64,000 bases of DNA. Origin: Paragordius varius (lineage: Eukaryota > Animalia > Nematomorpha). Every line of letters starts with the position of its first letter. The first letter of the stretch is position 1. Positions 25,667 through 37,641 of this stretch are shown here, piece after piece. Both the position numbers and the translations under genes were made by a program. The notes under the pieces are model-generated. The model saw only the letters and a list, made by a program, of their open reading frames with translations. It did no database searches and was not told where the DNA came from. Location of the stretch: contig OZ176056.1 in NCBI GenBank assembly GCA_964247055.1, positions 4,588,001 to 4,652,000 of the forward strand. The letters are read 5' to 3'.

Positions 25667-26698
25667 TTAAGATAAATATTTTATTATTTCGTTTTTTACA
25701 GCTGTTACCATTTTATTGTCATATCCTTGATCCTGCACCCCCCCCCCCCTCTTTAATTTATTTTATAGCATATCCAGCTATTAATTGAATCGTATTTCAA
25801 TTAATCGTTTTTTATATGCAATATTAATTTCTTATGTAGCAATTTTATATGACATTTTATATAAATATTCAACGATACGAATACATTTAGATATCCTGAA
25901 AATTCCGCTATCAAATTGGAAATTATATCGAATTATATAAAATTTATTTTTGATTCACACATATTTTTTTCATATTACAGTTTTTTGAATAAATTTGATT
26001 CCATTTAATATATTTTTCGAAGGCACTCAATTTGTAAAAACAAACTAACACATCTACCGGTAAATTAATATTAATGTATGTATACTACGGGTGTTCAAAA
26101 CAAATGGTTGCAAGAGCCGCTTCCGAAACATAGATATTTAACATGATCGAGTAAAAAATTTATAACGGTTCAATTAAATTGTGGAATTTACATTTATTAG
26201 ATATTTTTCGCCTGCCATACGTAATATCTTTAGCGGCTGCATCCTTGAGACTCCTGTCACAGAAAACGCTTTTATTCAGTAAATCTGCCCCGCATACCGT
26301 TCGAAACATAAATATAGGAAATTCGTTATTAGTAATTTAAACCGGGGACATAAGTTGTTTTTTAAAAACCAAATAAAATTCACATATCTCTATCGAAACC
26401 CTTTTTAAAAAATAGTTAATTCTTTTAGAAACTTTTAGCAACTTTAAGAAAATAAACCTAAAGCTGGACATTAAATATATTATATTGTTATACTTAAGAC
26501 ACCATTTTAATATTGTAATCCATGATATTAGTTTCATCCGCTTAACACTTATCTTGGTTGGAAAAATAAAATTTCCCCATATTTAATAAATTGCGTACCT
26601 AATACAAATGTACACATAAAAAGTCAAAAGGGCATCGAAATTTAGAGTCTTTGTAGAGAAACCGCTTTCTTGCGTGTTGGTTCGGTTACTGTTTGGAT

Positions 26699-26770
26699 CA
26701 GGCGCCATATGGGCCGTATGCGGCCCTCAGAAATAATTTTACAGCCTGCGATTAATTTTAAATGTACCAA
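26699..26770. mobile_element. hAT-type terminal fragment
   Basis: CAGG...GGGCCGTATGCGGCCC, the same GC-rich subterminal palindrome as at 29169-29192. No partner end identified. Confidence 0.45.
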
Positions 26771-26960
26771 ATACAAAATGTAATAATAATAAAAATGTTA
26801 TTTAAAAAATTATATTTGAACGTGTTTTCTGACCACGTTTTTATCAACTTTAGGCACTTAAGCACCGAAAATTGTTAAAATAAATAGTTAAGTTGTGGTT
26901 ATTCTTTAACAGTCTTACAGTCATTTTATTTCAAAATTTATTTTTTTCATGGGTATAAAT

Positions 26961-29209
26961 CAGTGGTACTCACCAAAAAAAATTGACGGGCCAAATAAAA
27001 TATATTTTTTTTTCGAGGGTCATAAACCTTATAATGGCAAATTTTTCATAGCTATTTGACAAATATGCACATATTTATACTCTAAATCAGCACGAATTTT
27101 TTGCGTATCGCATACAACTAAAAATCGTTTTGCACCATTAAGTTTAAAAATTAAAATATTTTGATATTAACCAATAACAAGCCAATCTTAATACGTCGTC
27201 CATATGATCATCGGTTAAGCGATTTCTGTATGTATTCTTGATATGCCGTCTCACACGTGTAAGTTGAGGGAAAAACAGTTAGGATAACTGAACACATTTT
27301 TTTATATTTTCATATTTATTTGGCACATCTTAAAAAAACTCTACATATCTTTATACTCTACGATTCTCCTTGAATATAGCCTCCAAATTGGAATCATTTT
27401 TGAAATCTACAAATTCTTTAATGATATGCGCCTGATCAAAACCGAAATGCTCAAATCGCTTAATATTGGATCCATATGCCATGGATTTTAAATGAGTTTT
27501 AAGCAATTTTTAATATTTTTAAATTCAAATCTGAATTTCATCTCATTATATAAATCTTAAATGATTGTCTATTATTAAATTAATCTCCGCGGTAAATTTT
27601 ATATTTTCTTCATGAATCGTTTTAAGTGTTGGAAAATATGGGAGTGTTTTATTTATAAAATCTGAATTATATATTATTAATTTTTCTTTAAGAGCAATAT
27701 TTGATCATCAAATTGGGTTATTATTTTGCTCCTTTGAAGACTTGTATTAAAAATACCAAGTTTGTACGTAATGTCGCAAAGGTTAATAAAATCTACCATT
27801 TGTCACTATTAATTTCCTCGTCAATTCTGTTATTTTTATGATAATAGAATTTCATAACTTAAAACAAAAAATCTATTTAATACTTTGCAAAGCTTAGCCA
27901 CCTCACACCGGTGTAATATCATCAAACTCACTGTGGACATCTTTCATGTTTTTGAATATACGGGATTTAAATGCTCTGCCACGGAGGTGGTTAATGATAT
28001 CCACAACCGTTTTAATTACTGAATTGAGTAATTCATCTTTTACACGCGAAACCAAGTTTTGCTGATGAATGAGGCATATCGAAAAAGGTGCTAATTATTT
28101 CGTGAAAACTTACTTTCGTGGTATTATTCATTGGTAAAAATTTTAAATATTCCTCGTTGATTTTGTTGTCGTTGCACAATCTTACGAAGAGCTCATATTG
28201 AGGTGTTGAACTAATATCAGTCCTGGAATCAATAGCATTAAAATATTTGCAGTTTTTCAGAGTTAATATTGTTAAAAATATATTTAGACATATTTTGAAT
28301 GGGCCGAGCACATTTTTCAATCAGAAAGTTTAATTTTTTAAATTTGCCTCCTGATTTGATTTATGGAATTTATCAACAAAATAAGTGCAACCATTTATAA
28401 GACATTCTTTTATTAGTTGGAAATCAGTAAACGTCATATTTTTCCTAAAATATAGCTTTCATACGAAGTTAATGTTAAAGCTTTTTCCTGGGAACTATGG
28501 ACATAATAGATTTCTATAATTCCTTATTCTTTTTATATTTTTCGTTTCTTTCCTCATGATTTTCAGGTAATTTATGAAAATGGATTGTAAAATGTCTTTC
28601 AATATTTTTTTATAATTATGTTGTCCTTACATATATGGCAGGTAACAACATTTTTATTTTGAACGACAAAGAATTTTTCATCCCATTCTTTTTTAAAAAG
28701 CGATTTTCATCGGATAATTTACGTTTTTTAATTAGATGTCATCCTTTGAATGTTCAAATATTATGTAAATCTTTTAAAAAAATTAGGAATATAATTTGAA
28801 TTATGATATAAAAAACAGGTCGAAATTTAATGATGTTATTTTGAAAAATATTTTATGGGAATAAGTTATATAAAATGATACAGGATAGCAATGAAAAGAA
28901 TATGTGTATGGAGTTTGAGTGAAATGCTTGCTTAAATACAAAAAAAGGAATGCAATAAAAATGTCAAAATAGAAAATAAAATAAAATACATAAACAGAAA
29001 CATGTGCCAAAATTTCGAAATCATTCTAATGTATGAAAATTTTTCTACATTCAAATTGGGTAAAAAATAAAAGCTACGAAAATTCGTTTGTGTGTATTTT
29101 AAAAATTCATCAATAAAAAAATAATATAAGTATCAATATGGTCATAGGGCAATTTTAGAGCACTCTAAGGGCCGCATGCGGCCCGCGGGCCGCGGTTTGA
29201 GTATCACTG
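26961..29209 (-). mobile_element. Decayed full-length hAT transposon (Buster/Charlie/SPIN-like, GTF2IRD2-like transposase pseudogene)
   Basis: TIRs CAGTGGTACTCA / CAGTGATACTCA (11 of 12). Perfect 8-bp TSD GTATAAAT at 26953-26960 and 29210-29217. Frameshifted minus-strand peptides RKLSDENR..KEWDEKFFVVQNKNVVTCHIC, AIDSRTDISSTPQYELFVR..INEEYLKFLPMNNTT, YTGVRWLSFAKVLNRF, FPSTYTCETAY and KNTYRNRLTDDHMDDVLRLA. Confidence 0.93.
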
Positions 29210-29214
29210 GTATA

Positions 29215-29345
29215 AATATTTGGTAAAGAATGGAAAAAACAACAGCACTATGGTAATTCTTATTTTTTTGATGAATTACCAAATATATACCCATTTAAGG
29301 GAAATAAATTTTTTGATAAAACAAAGGATACATAACTGTATATTT
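29215..29345. repeat. Dispersed repeat; second copy in opposite orientation at ~63840-64000
   Basis: TATTTGGTAAAGAATGGAAAAAA ... TACCCATTTAA ... AAGGATACAT.ACTGTATATT matches the reverse complement of the window's last ~160 nt. Confidence 0.6.
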
Positions 29346-30399
29346 AAAATCAAAAAATACAATCGGCCGCTGCAATTTTTGATTGAAAATGCCGCCCACG
29401 AAGTCATTACTGATTAGATTTCCTGATATGTATAAATCTTTAGTGCTTTTAGTAACATGACATTTTGGCAAAGTTATTAAAGTACTTTATAATTCTTTGT
29501 GATTTTTGCATAATCTCATTTTCTTAATCAATACCAAATCTTATACAATAAAAAAACTTTTTCTTATCTTTTATTGATTGCATTCAATAGTAAATCCAAT
29601 AGATTTACATTCTAATAAGTCAATGTTTCTTTTCTAGGTAATTCAGATGCATATCAATCCATTCTGCTAAAAAAATCTTTTATAAATAAAAAACTATGGC
29701 TAATTTTTTGCATTTTTACGATAGATGTTATCTCTGAGTTGCAATAATCAATTTTTCTCATTAATCCCCAATGATTGGTATTTGACACACATATTTAGCC
29801 AAAAATGGAAAATTTGTAATATATTTCAAAAAAAATATTATTAAACAATAATCAATTATTTTTGGTTTATATTTTATAAGTTTTAAAATTCTATCTCATA
29901 TAATATATATATTATGATTAAAATTCTAAAGCTGCTTTTAGGTTCCTATTTTGGTGTTGTTGAAACAGCACATTTTTTTAGTTTAATACAAATCAATTTT
30001 CAACATGTATATAGATATTGAGACATAAACTGTGGAGAAGCGTGCCAAAATTCTCTCCGCATAGAGAATGCGATCAAGGTCAAGTTTACGAATTATTTTA
30101 TGCGTGGTGACATTATCTTAATATTACAAAATTGGTCAATGTCTGGCCTAGTTTGGTTTAAATGAATTGTTAAAACCTAACATTATTTTGTCATATTTAT
30201 ATATATAATAATAGAAAAAAATGACAGATTTGGATATTAGGATAATTTTATAAGGCTTGTTCGCAAAAAGACAATTTTAAAAGTTATAAATTGTTTTTAA
30301 AATAAATATTAAACTATTATTTATTAAATTGGCAAAGTTATGGTCAGCATACCAATTTTTCAGTTATATTTTGTTGACAAATATTTTAAAATAAAATTC

Positions 30400-30920
30400 T
30401 AAGTTATATAGTTAACAGATCTTGTATAGTAAAAATTGAGTTTTAACCCTAACCTTTTATATTATTTAAAAATATATGTATATACATTGGTTCCGTGAAG
30501 CTTCATATATTTAATTAGTTAAAAGGTTTATATTCTTACAGTATTTTAACAACTAGATTTCAATTTGTGATGGTTTCAAAAAAATTGAAACCAACAGCCG
30601 ATTTTGGATCAATAAATATAAAGGGCTGATAAAATACATTTTTTGTATTAATTTATTACATTTTCAAACAATAATTCATTCATTTGCCTATGGTATTAGT
30701 GCTAAAAATATATTCAACGGAAAAAATGGCGTCGAAAAAGTGGGGTTAAGGTTTTTGATAATTTTATATTTTTTAAATTTTGAAACATGCGCCTTAAAAG
30801 CAAAAAAAGCCTATTTTAAAATTTGGGTCAATACATTTACTTTTTCATATACTCAAATTTTAAAGAGCTTCGGTATTAAACTACTCCAAAAGACGATGAA
30901 GTTTACGGTTCACGAATAAA
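30400..30920. repeat. Degraded copy of MITE subfamily B
   Basis: AAAGGTTTATATTCTT, AAAAAATGGCG and TAAACTACTCC match the 17288-17796 element in the same order. Ends unclear. Confidence 0.4.
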
Positions 30921-31621
30921 TGTATTTAGTTTTAGAAATTTAAAAAATCGGTTTCCACTCTATTTTTGTTTTTGTTTCTGTAGAATTTTACTAACTTGAC
31001 ATTTCATGGCCATTTGGAGTAGATTTATACCCCGTGGCCATTCCAATTTTAATTATCTTTAAATGCTTTTTTAGGTTTTTATTTGCACGATACATAATAT
31101 TTTTAAAAAAGGAAAAATCTAAAAAATGCACATCTCTAATTTTTTGGCCGCCATTTATATTTTTTTAATCGTGAGTACAACACGCAAATAACTGTATAAT
31201 ATAAATAATTTTTGGAAAATTGCAATTTACCAGCTAATTATCAATATTTAGATTTTAATATCAGCTGTTCGTTTTAGTCGTATTTTTGAGCTAACAGAAT
31301 TCTGGACTCTGCTATGATTTTTAATCTATACAAGATAAGAAAATTTAATAATTGAATTTTAACCAATCAAAACAGTCGTTTGTTTACTGCTTTAGGCTAA
31401 TGTGACCAGATATTTAGAACCCTGGCGCAGTACAAAATTAAAACATATTTTGCCTATTTTTTAACCGGATTTTCGGTGTTTTATATTAAATGATATTGTT
31501 CGTTACTAATTATAAGCTCATTAGAAACAATTAAAATATCCAACAATAAATTTATTAAAAATTTAATATAAATGTATTTACATATAATTATATATGTTAT
31601 ATATATGGATATATAATAATA

Positions 31622-32204
31622 CTAGCATAAATCTCGTGCTGCTAAGCAGCCCGAGGAAGTCCTTCGGACTGGGGGGGGGGGGCTATTTGAAAAATGGGAC
31701 AATAAAATAATTCACATATGTGGATTATTTCGAAACATTATTTATTAGCTATGATCTCATAGGAATTTCAAAACGGTGCATTCATACTAATATATTGTTT
31801 ACTTGGGCGAAAAATAGATTCAAACAATTACTTTTAATTTTTTTTGGAAAAATGACATTTTACGGGAGGAGCGGGTAAAAAGAGGGCCTTAATTAAAAAG
31901 GCGAGCCGATTATGTTCGGCGAATCGAAAATAAGTAAACAAAAATCATATTTTAAATTGAATGGTCCAACACGTTTTCCAGAAAATTCTCTCACAGACAC
32001 GATTTCTGTGGACTTCTGTATTCAAAAAAAAACCGTTTTTTACACGGGGTAGGCCCGAACTGGGGGCCTAATTTAAAAAAGGGCGAAGTTGTCGGGGCAT
32101 TCATCAATGATTATATTCTTTCGACATTTGGATTTGAATGGATCTACCGGTTTCCCGGAAATAGATCACCAAGCCACTACTTTCCATTTTTATAAATATA
32201 TAGA
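31622..32204 (-). mobile_element. Complete non-autonomous Helitron copy H4
   Basis: On minus: A|TCTATATATTTATAAAAATGG ... CGGGCTGC-TTA-GCAGCACG hairpin about 10 nt before CTAG|T. Inserted in an AT dinucleotide with no TSD, all canonical Helitron hallmarks. Confidence 0.9.
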
Positions 32205-32839
32205 TTATAATGGTATGTTTGTTTTAAAAAATGCTAATTGTCAAAAACAATATAATTACCAATATATGATAATAAAAATAGAGGGAAACAATGTATCTGG
32301 TTTTTATAAGATGTTGCCGTGCAGATAAAATCATCACACGATCTTATGAAAGTTATGTTCCATAGCTTTTTAGAAAATATTACTATTTGACAGCAGGTAA
32401 AACTATGCGTTGATGAAGAAAAGATAGGTGAATGGATAGAAAATTATTCAAATGCCGACTTTGCTACAGTGTAAAATTCAAAAATAATTCAAATAGTTCT
32501 GAGTCTACCCAATCAATGGTATATGACGTGACATAATTATTAATAAATAATTATTTTTTATAATAGTAATAATATTCAAAAATAATAAATTATATATATT
32601 TTTCAAATTTATGTATTTGTCCCAATAATTTATGGTTTTGCGAAATTTTATCTAAAAAAGCTTTACAATTCTTTTCTGTATTTTTGACTATTACAATTGC
32701 TTTCAATGTATCTATTGTGAGTTGTTTTTTCCGTAGTCCATATTTTGTTTATAGGAAAAGGCACGGAAAAGAAAATTAAAATAAAAAGAATTAATAAAAA
32801 AAATTATTATGTGTGTGTGTGTGTGTGGCAAAATTAAAA

Positions 32840-34795
32840 TCTATATATTTATAAAAATGGAAAATGCTGGCTTTGTGATCTGGTACAGGAAAACCGGTAG
32901 ACCCAATCAAATCCAAATATCGAAAAAATATAATCATTAATAAATGTCCCGACAATAGCTTCGCCCTTTTTTTGAAATAGGCCCCCAGTTCGGGCCCACC
33001 CCGTATGAAAAACGGGTTTTTTTTGAAAACAGAAGTCCACGAAATCGTGTTTTTGAGACAATTTTCCGGAGAACGTGTTGGACCATTCAATTTCAAATAT
33101 AATTTTTGTCTACTTATTTTCGATTGCGCCGAACATAGTCGAGCCACTTTTTTGATTTAGGCCCTCTTTTTACCCGCTCCCCCCGTAAAATGCCATTTTT
33201 TTCAAAAAACAAAGTCCACAAAAATAATTTTCTAAATCGATTTTTCGCCCTAGGTATGAGACCGTAAAAATTCAATAAAGATTCCACGTATTCCCTGTTA
33301 AAAGGCAAAAATTTTAGTCCACCGTTTATTTGATGATAGCTGCTGGGTAAGGAGCTACCCGCTAAAAACTGATTTTTCATATAACTTTGTGAACTGTTTC
33401 CGGAAAACCGGTGATCCCAATCAAATCCAAATATCGAAAAAATATAATCATTAATGAATGCCCCGACAATAGCTTCGCCCTTTTTTGGAATTAGGTCCCC
33501 ATTTCGGGCCCACCCCGTGTGAAAAATGGGTTAAGTCAATTTTTTGGAGAACGTGTTGGACCATTCAATTTCAAATATGAATTTTGTTTACTTATTTTTG
33601 ATCGCGCTGAACATAGTCGAGTCACTTTTTTGATTTAGGCCCTCTTTTTACCCGCTACCCCCGTAAAATGCCATTTTTTTCAAAAAAAAACAAAGTCCAC
33701 AAAAATATTTTTTTGTTTGTATTTTTTTGTCCACGGTATGAGATTGTAAAAATTCGAGAAAGATTTTTCGTATTGCCTGTTAAAAGGCAAAAATTTTAGT
33801 CAAGCGTTTATTTGATGATAGCTGCTGGGTAAGGAGCTACCCGCTAAAAACTGATTTTTCATATAACTTTGTGAACTGTTTCCGGAAAACCGGTGATCCC
33901 AATCAAATCCAAATATCGAAAAAATATAATCATTAATGAATGCCCCGACAATAGCTTCGCCCTTTTTTGGAATTAGGTCCCCAGTTCGGGCCCACCCCGT
34001 GTGAAAAATGGGTTAAGTCAATTTTTTGGAGAACGTGTTGGACCATTCAATTTCAAATATGAATTTTGTTTACTTATTTTTGATGGCGCTGAACATAGTC
34101 GAGTCACTTTTTTGATTTAGGCCCTCTTTTTACCCGCTACCCCCGTAAAATGCCATTTTTTTCAAAAAAAAAAAGTCCACAAAAATATTTTTTTGATTGT
34201 ATTTTTTTGTCCACGGTATGAGATTGTAAAAATTCGAGAAAGATTTTTCGTATTGCCTGTTAAAAGGCAAAAATTTTAGTCAAGCGTTTATTTGATGATA
34301 GCTGCTGGGTAAGGAGCTACCCGCTAAAAACTGATTTTTCATATAACTTTGTGAACTGTTTCCGGAAAACCGGTGATCCCAATCAAATCCAAATATCGAA
34401 AAAATATAATCATTAATGAATGCCCCGACAATAGCTTCGCCCTTTTTTGGAATTAGGTCCCCAGTTCGGGCCCACCCCGTGTGAAAAATGGGTTAAGTCA
34501 ATTTTTTGGAGAACGTGTTGGACCATTCAATTTCAAATATGAATTTTGTTTACTTATTTTTGATGGCGCTGAACATAGTTGAGTCACTTTTTTGATTTAG
34601 GCCCTCTTTTTACCCGCTCCCCCCGTAAAATGCCACCTTTTTCAAAAAACAAAGTCCACAAAAATAATTTTTTAAATCGATTTTTCGCCCTAGGTATGAG
34701 ACCCTAAAAATTCGAGAAAGATTTTTCGTATTGCCTGTTAAAAGGCAAAAATTTTAGTCAAGCGTTTCTTTGATGATAGATGCTGAGTAAGGAGT
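32840..34795 (+). mobile_element. Helitron copy H5 with an internal tandem array (first unit plus three ~480-bp units), no 3' terminus
   Basis: A|TC start at 32840. The junction ATAACTTTGTGAACTGTTTCCGGAAAACC recurs at 33381, 33863 and 34343 (periods 482 and 480). Units 2 and 3 differ at only a few positions. Confidence 0.9.
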
Positions 34796-34855
34796 ATCTA
34801 TCATATGCATAGCATGTTAAAAGATATATGGATATTAATACATTATTTATCCTCA

Positions 34856-35477
34856 TCTATATATTTATAAAAATGGAAAATGCTGGCTTTGTGATCTGGT
34901 ACAGGAAAACCGGTAGACCCAATCAAATCCAAATATCGAAAAAATATAATCATTAATAAATGTCCCGACAATAGCTTCGCCCTTTTTTTGAAATAGGCCC
35001 CCAGTTCGGGCCCACCCCGTATGAAAAACGGGTTTTTTTTGAAAACAGAAGTCCACGAAATCGTGTTTTTGAGACAATTTTCCGGAGAACGTGTTGGACC
35101 ATTCAATTTCAAATATAATTTTTGTCTACTTATTTTCGATTGCGCCGAACATAGTCGAGCCACTTTTTTGATTTAGGTATCTTTTTACCCGCTCCCCCCG
35201 TAAAATGCCATTTTTTTCAAAAAACAAAGTCCACAAAAATAATTTTCTAAATCGATTTTTCGCCCTAGGTATGAGACCGTAAAAATTCAATAAAGATTCC
35301 ACGTATTCCCTGTTAAAAGGCAAAAATTTTAGTCCACCGTTTATTTGATGATAGCTGCTGGGTAAGGAGCTACCCGCTAAAAACTGATTTTCATTCAAAT
35401 CCAAACTTCGAACCCCCCCCCCCCCAGAAGTCCGAAGGACTTCCTCGGGCTGCGTAGCAGCACGAGATTCACGCTAG
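34856..35477 (+). mobile_element. Complete 622-bp non-autonomous Helitron copy H6
   Basis: A|TCTATATATTTATAAAAATGG start; GAAGTCCGAAGGACTTC and GGCTGC-GTA-GCAGC hairpins; CACGCTAG|T end. The first ~535 bp are almost identical to H5 unit 1. Confidence 0.92.
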
Positions 35478-36129
35478 TAGGTCTATAAATTTGTTTGTGC
35501 ACAAAAGAATGAAAAGAAAACTGGCTAAAAATTAAAGTTTAGGGAAGCAAAAAATTAAGGAACATACCTCCCACCCAAAACATAAAAAAGTTGTTTTTGT
35601 CCTAGAAAAAAAAAGTTATATCGAAACCAAATATAACGAATTTTAAAAATAATATGTTGCGGAAATATAAAAATTTTCCGTTTGATAATTATAATTAAAG
35701 TAAACTCAAATAAATTTAATTTAGCTGAAACTTATATGAAACAAAATGAATTTTTAAAAGATAAATTTACTAAAATATTAATTTATTTTTTGTTTATTTT
35801 TGAGGTCGCTTTTGCGGAAGCCCTGAGTGAAAGGATGTAAAAATATATTGAAGCTCCTTTGTTGACACGTTTTCCCCAACATTTTATAAAAAAGACCTTA
35901 TTCACTTCAATTGAAAAAATGACTTCCCCGAAAACCGTTACATATTATTTCTCCAATCTTCTTCTAAAATTATAAGATAACAAAATCTGTGCATAAACCA
36001 GTAATTGATTTATTTAAATTCATAACTTCAAAATTACATAGCTTTTTACTATATTTTAATATAACGCATTAAAATTTGTTAAATTATCTGTTGAGCAGGA
36101 ACTCCTTTTACCGATTTATCCCTTAATTA

Positions 36130-37641
36130 TTTTAAAGAACTAGCTTTCACATGAAATAAGGTTTTATAAATATTCCTAGCGTAAGTCTTGGGTAACTGCA
36201 AAACAACACAATTTCTATATAGTGTTGCAGTTTTTGGCGGGTAGCTCCTTACCCATGGGCAGGTATAAAAAAGCGTTGGGCAAATTTTTGCCTTTATATG
36301 GGGAATATCTGGTATCATGGATTCCATATGTTCATCGAACTTCTATGAAATATTGCTTCCAAACTAAAAAATTGTTCTATGGCTGCGCATTTTTCAGGGC
36401 ATAAAACTTTACTTGGCGACTCATTGAAATAACCCCCTATACTAAAATATTTGTTTTTTAAGGGGTAATAAATGTTTTAGATTCTTATTGAACTCACATA
36501 GTCTTATAGGTTTTCTGAAATTTGGCTCCAAAACGCTGTATCGATATGGTGACTCAGTACACGGGTATCCCCCTAACCAGGGGCGAAACAACAAAACGCT
36601 CGATTAAATTGTTTGCCTCAATTCGGGTAATATGTTTGATTCCATATGCTCTCGTGGGATTTCGACCTCAAAACTAAAATCATTCTATGGTGGCGCATTT
36701 TTCAGGGCAAGGGCCTAATTAAGGGGTAATAAATAAAAGCGCTCTACTTAAATTTTTGCCTTTTACGGGTAATATTTCAAGCCCTTTTTGAACTCATATG
36801 GACTGATAAGTTTTCTGAAATTTGCCTCCAAAGTCACGCTTTATCGATATGGTGGCGCAGTTGTAGGCGGGTAGCCCCCTACACAGAGGCCAGAAGTTCG
36901 TTAAAAAAATTTCCTTTACATGGGAATACCTGGATTCCTCATTCATGCTACATGTTCTTAATAGTTTTTGGAAGAATTGCTTCAAAACTAAGTAATAGTT
37001 CAATGATAGCGCATTTTTAGGGCGTAAAGGGCCTGATTAACAGCTAATTAAAAAAACCGCACGACCTATATTTTTCCCTTACGGGTAATATTTCAGGCAC
37101 CTATTGAACTCATATGACGTGTTTGAAATTTAGCCCGAAAGGCAAGTTATTTCGATATTACGGGGCAGTTTTTAACGGGTATCTCTTTACCCAGCAGCCT
37201 ATAAACGCAAGACTAAAATTTTTGCCTTTAACAGGATATCCTCATTTATTTTTTACGGTTTTATACCTTAAGCGAAATATAAATTATTTTTGTGGACTTA
37301 AATTTTTGGAAAAAAATGGCATTTTACGGAGGAGCAGGTAAAAAGAGGGCCTTATTTAAAAAAGCGAGCCGGCTATGTTCGGCGCAATCAAAAAAAAGCA
37401 AAAAAATCTAAAATCGAACGGTTCTACACATTTTCCGGAAAATTGTTTAAAAGACTCTATTTAAAACCCGTTTTTTGCACGGGGTGGGTCCGAATGGGGG
37501 CGTAATTCAAAAAAAGGGCGAGGCTATTGTCGGGGCATTCATTAATGATTATTTTTTTTGACATTTGGATTTGAATGGGTCTACCGGTTTTCCGGAAAAC
37601 AGATTACAAAGCCAGCATTTTCTATTTTATAAATATAAAGA
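36130..37641 (-). mobile_element. Long Helitron family copy H7 with degenerate ~155-bp internal subrepeats, 3' end not found
   Basis: 5' TC terminus at 37641-37640. The motif TTTTGCCTT..ACGGGTAATA and variants recur at ~36287, 36605, 36755, 36910, 37073 and 37220. Confidence 0.75.

Noticed and set aside
26080-26600. Possible mariner remnant (TACGGGTGTTCAAAA end; weak HTH-like peptide on the minus strand)
   Set aside because: Similarity is too weak to call by eye; no partner TIR or DD34D motif found. Needs tBLASTn.
33381-34795. Regularly spaced repeats as a CRISPR-like array
   Set aside because: These are contiguous ~480-bp units without unique spacers in a eukaryotic, intron-containing context; no cas genes.
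32791-35404. Duplicated ORFs (MARLCSAQ..., MSQKHDF..., MKNQFLAG...) in the ORF track
   Set aside because: They are antisense readings of non-coding Helitron copies, with no RepHel motifs. They recur only because the repeat recurs, and they are broken in other copies.
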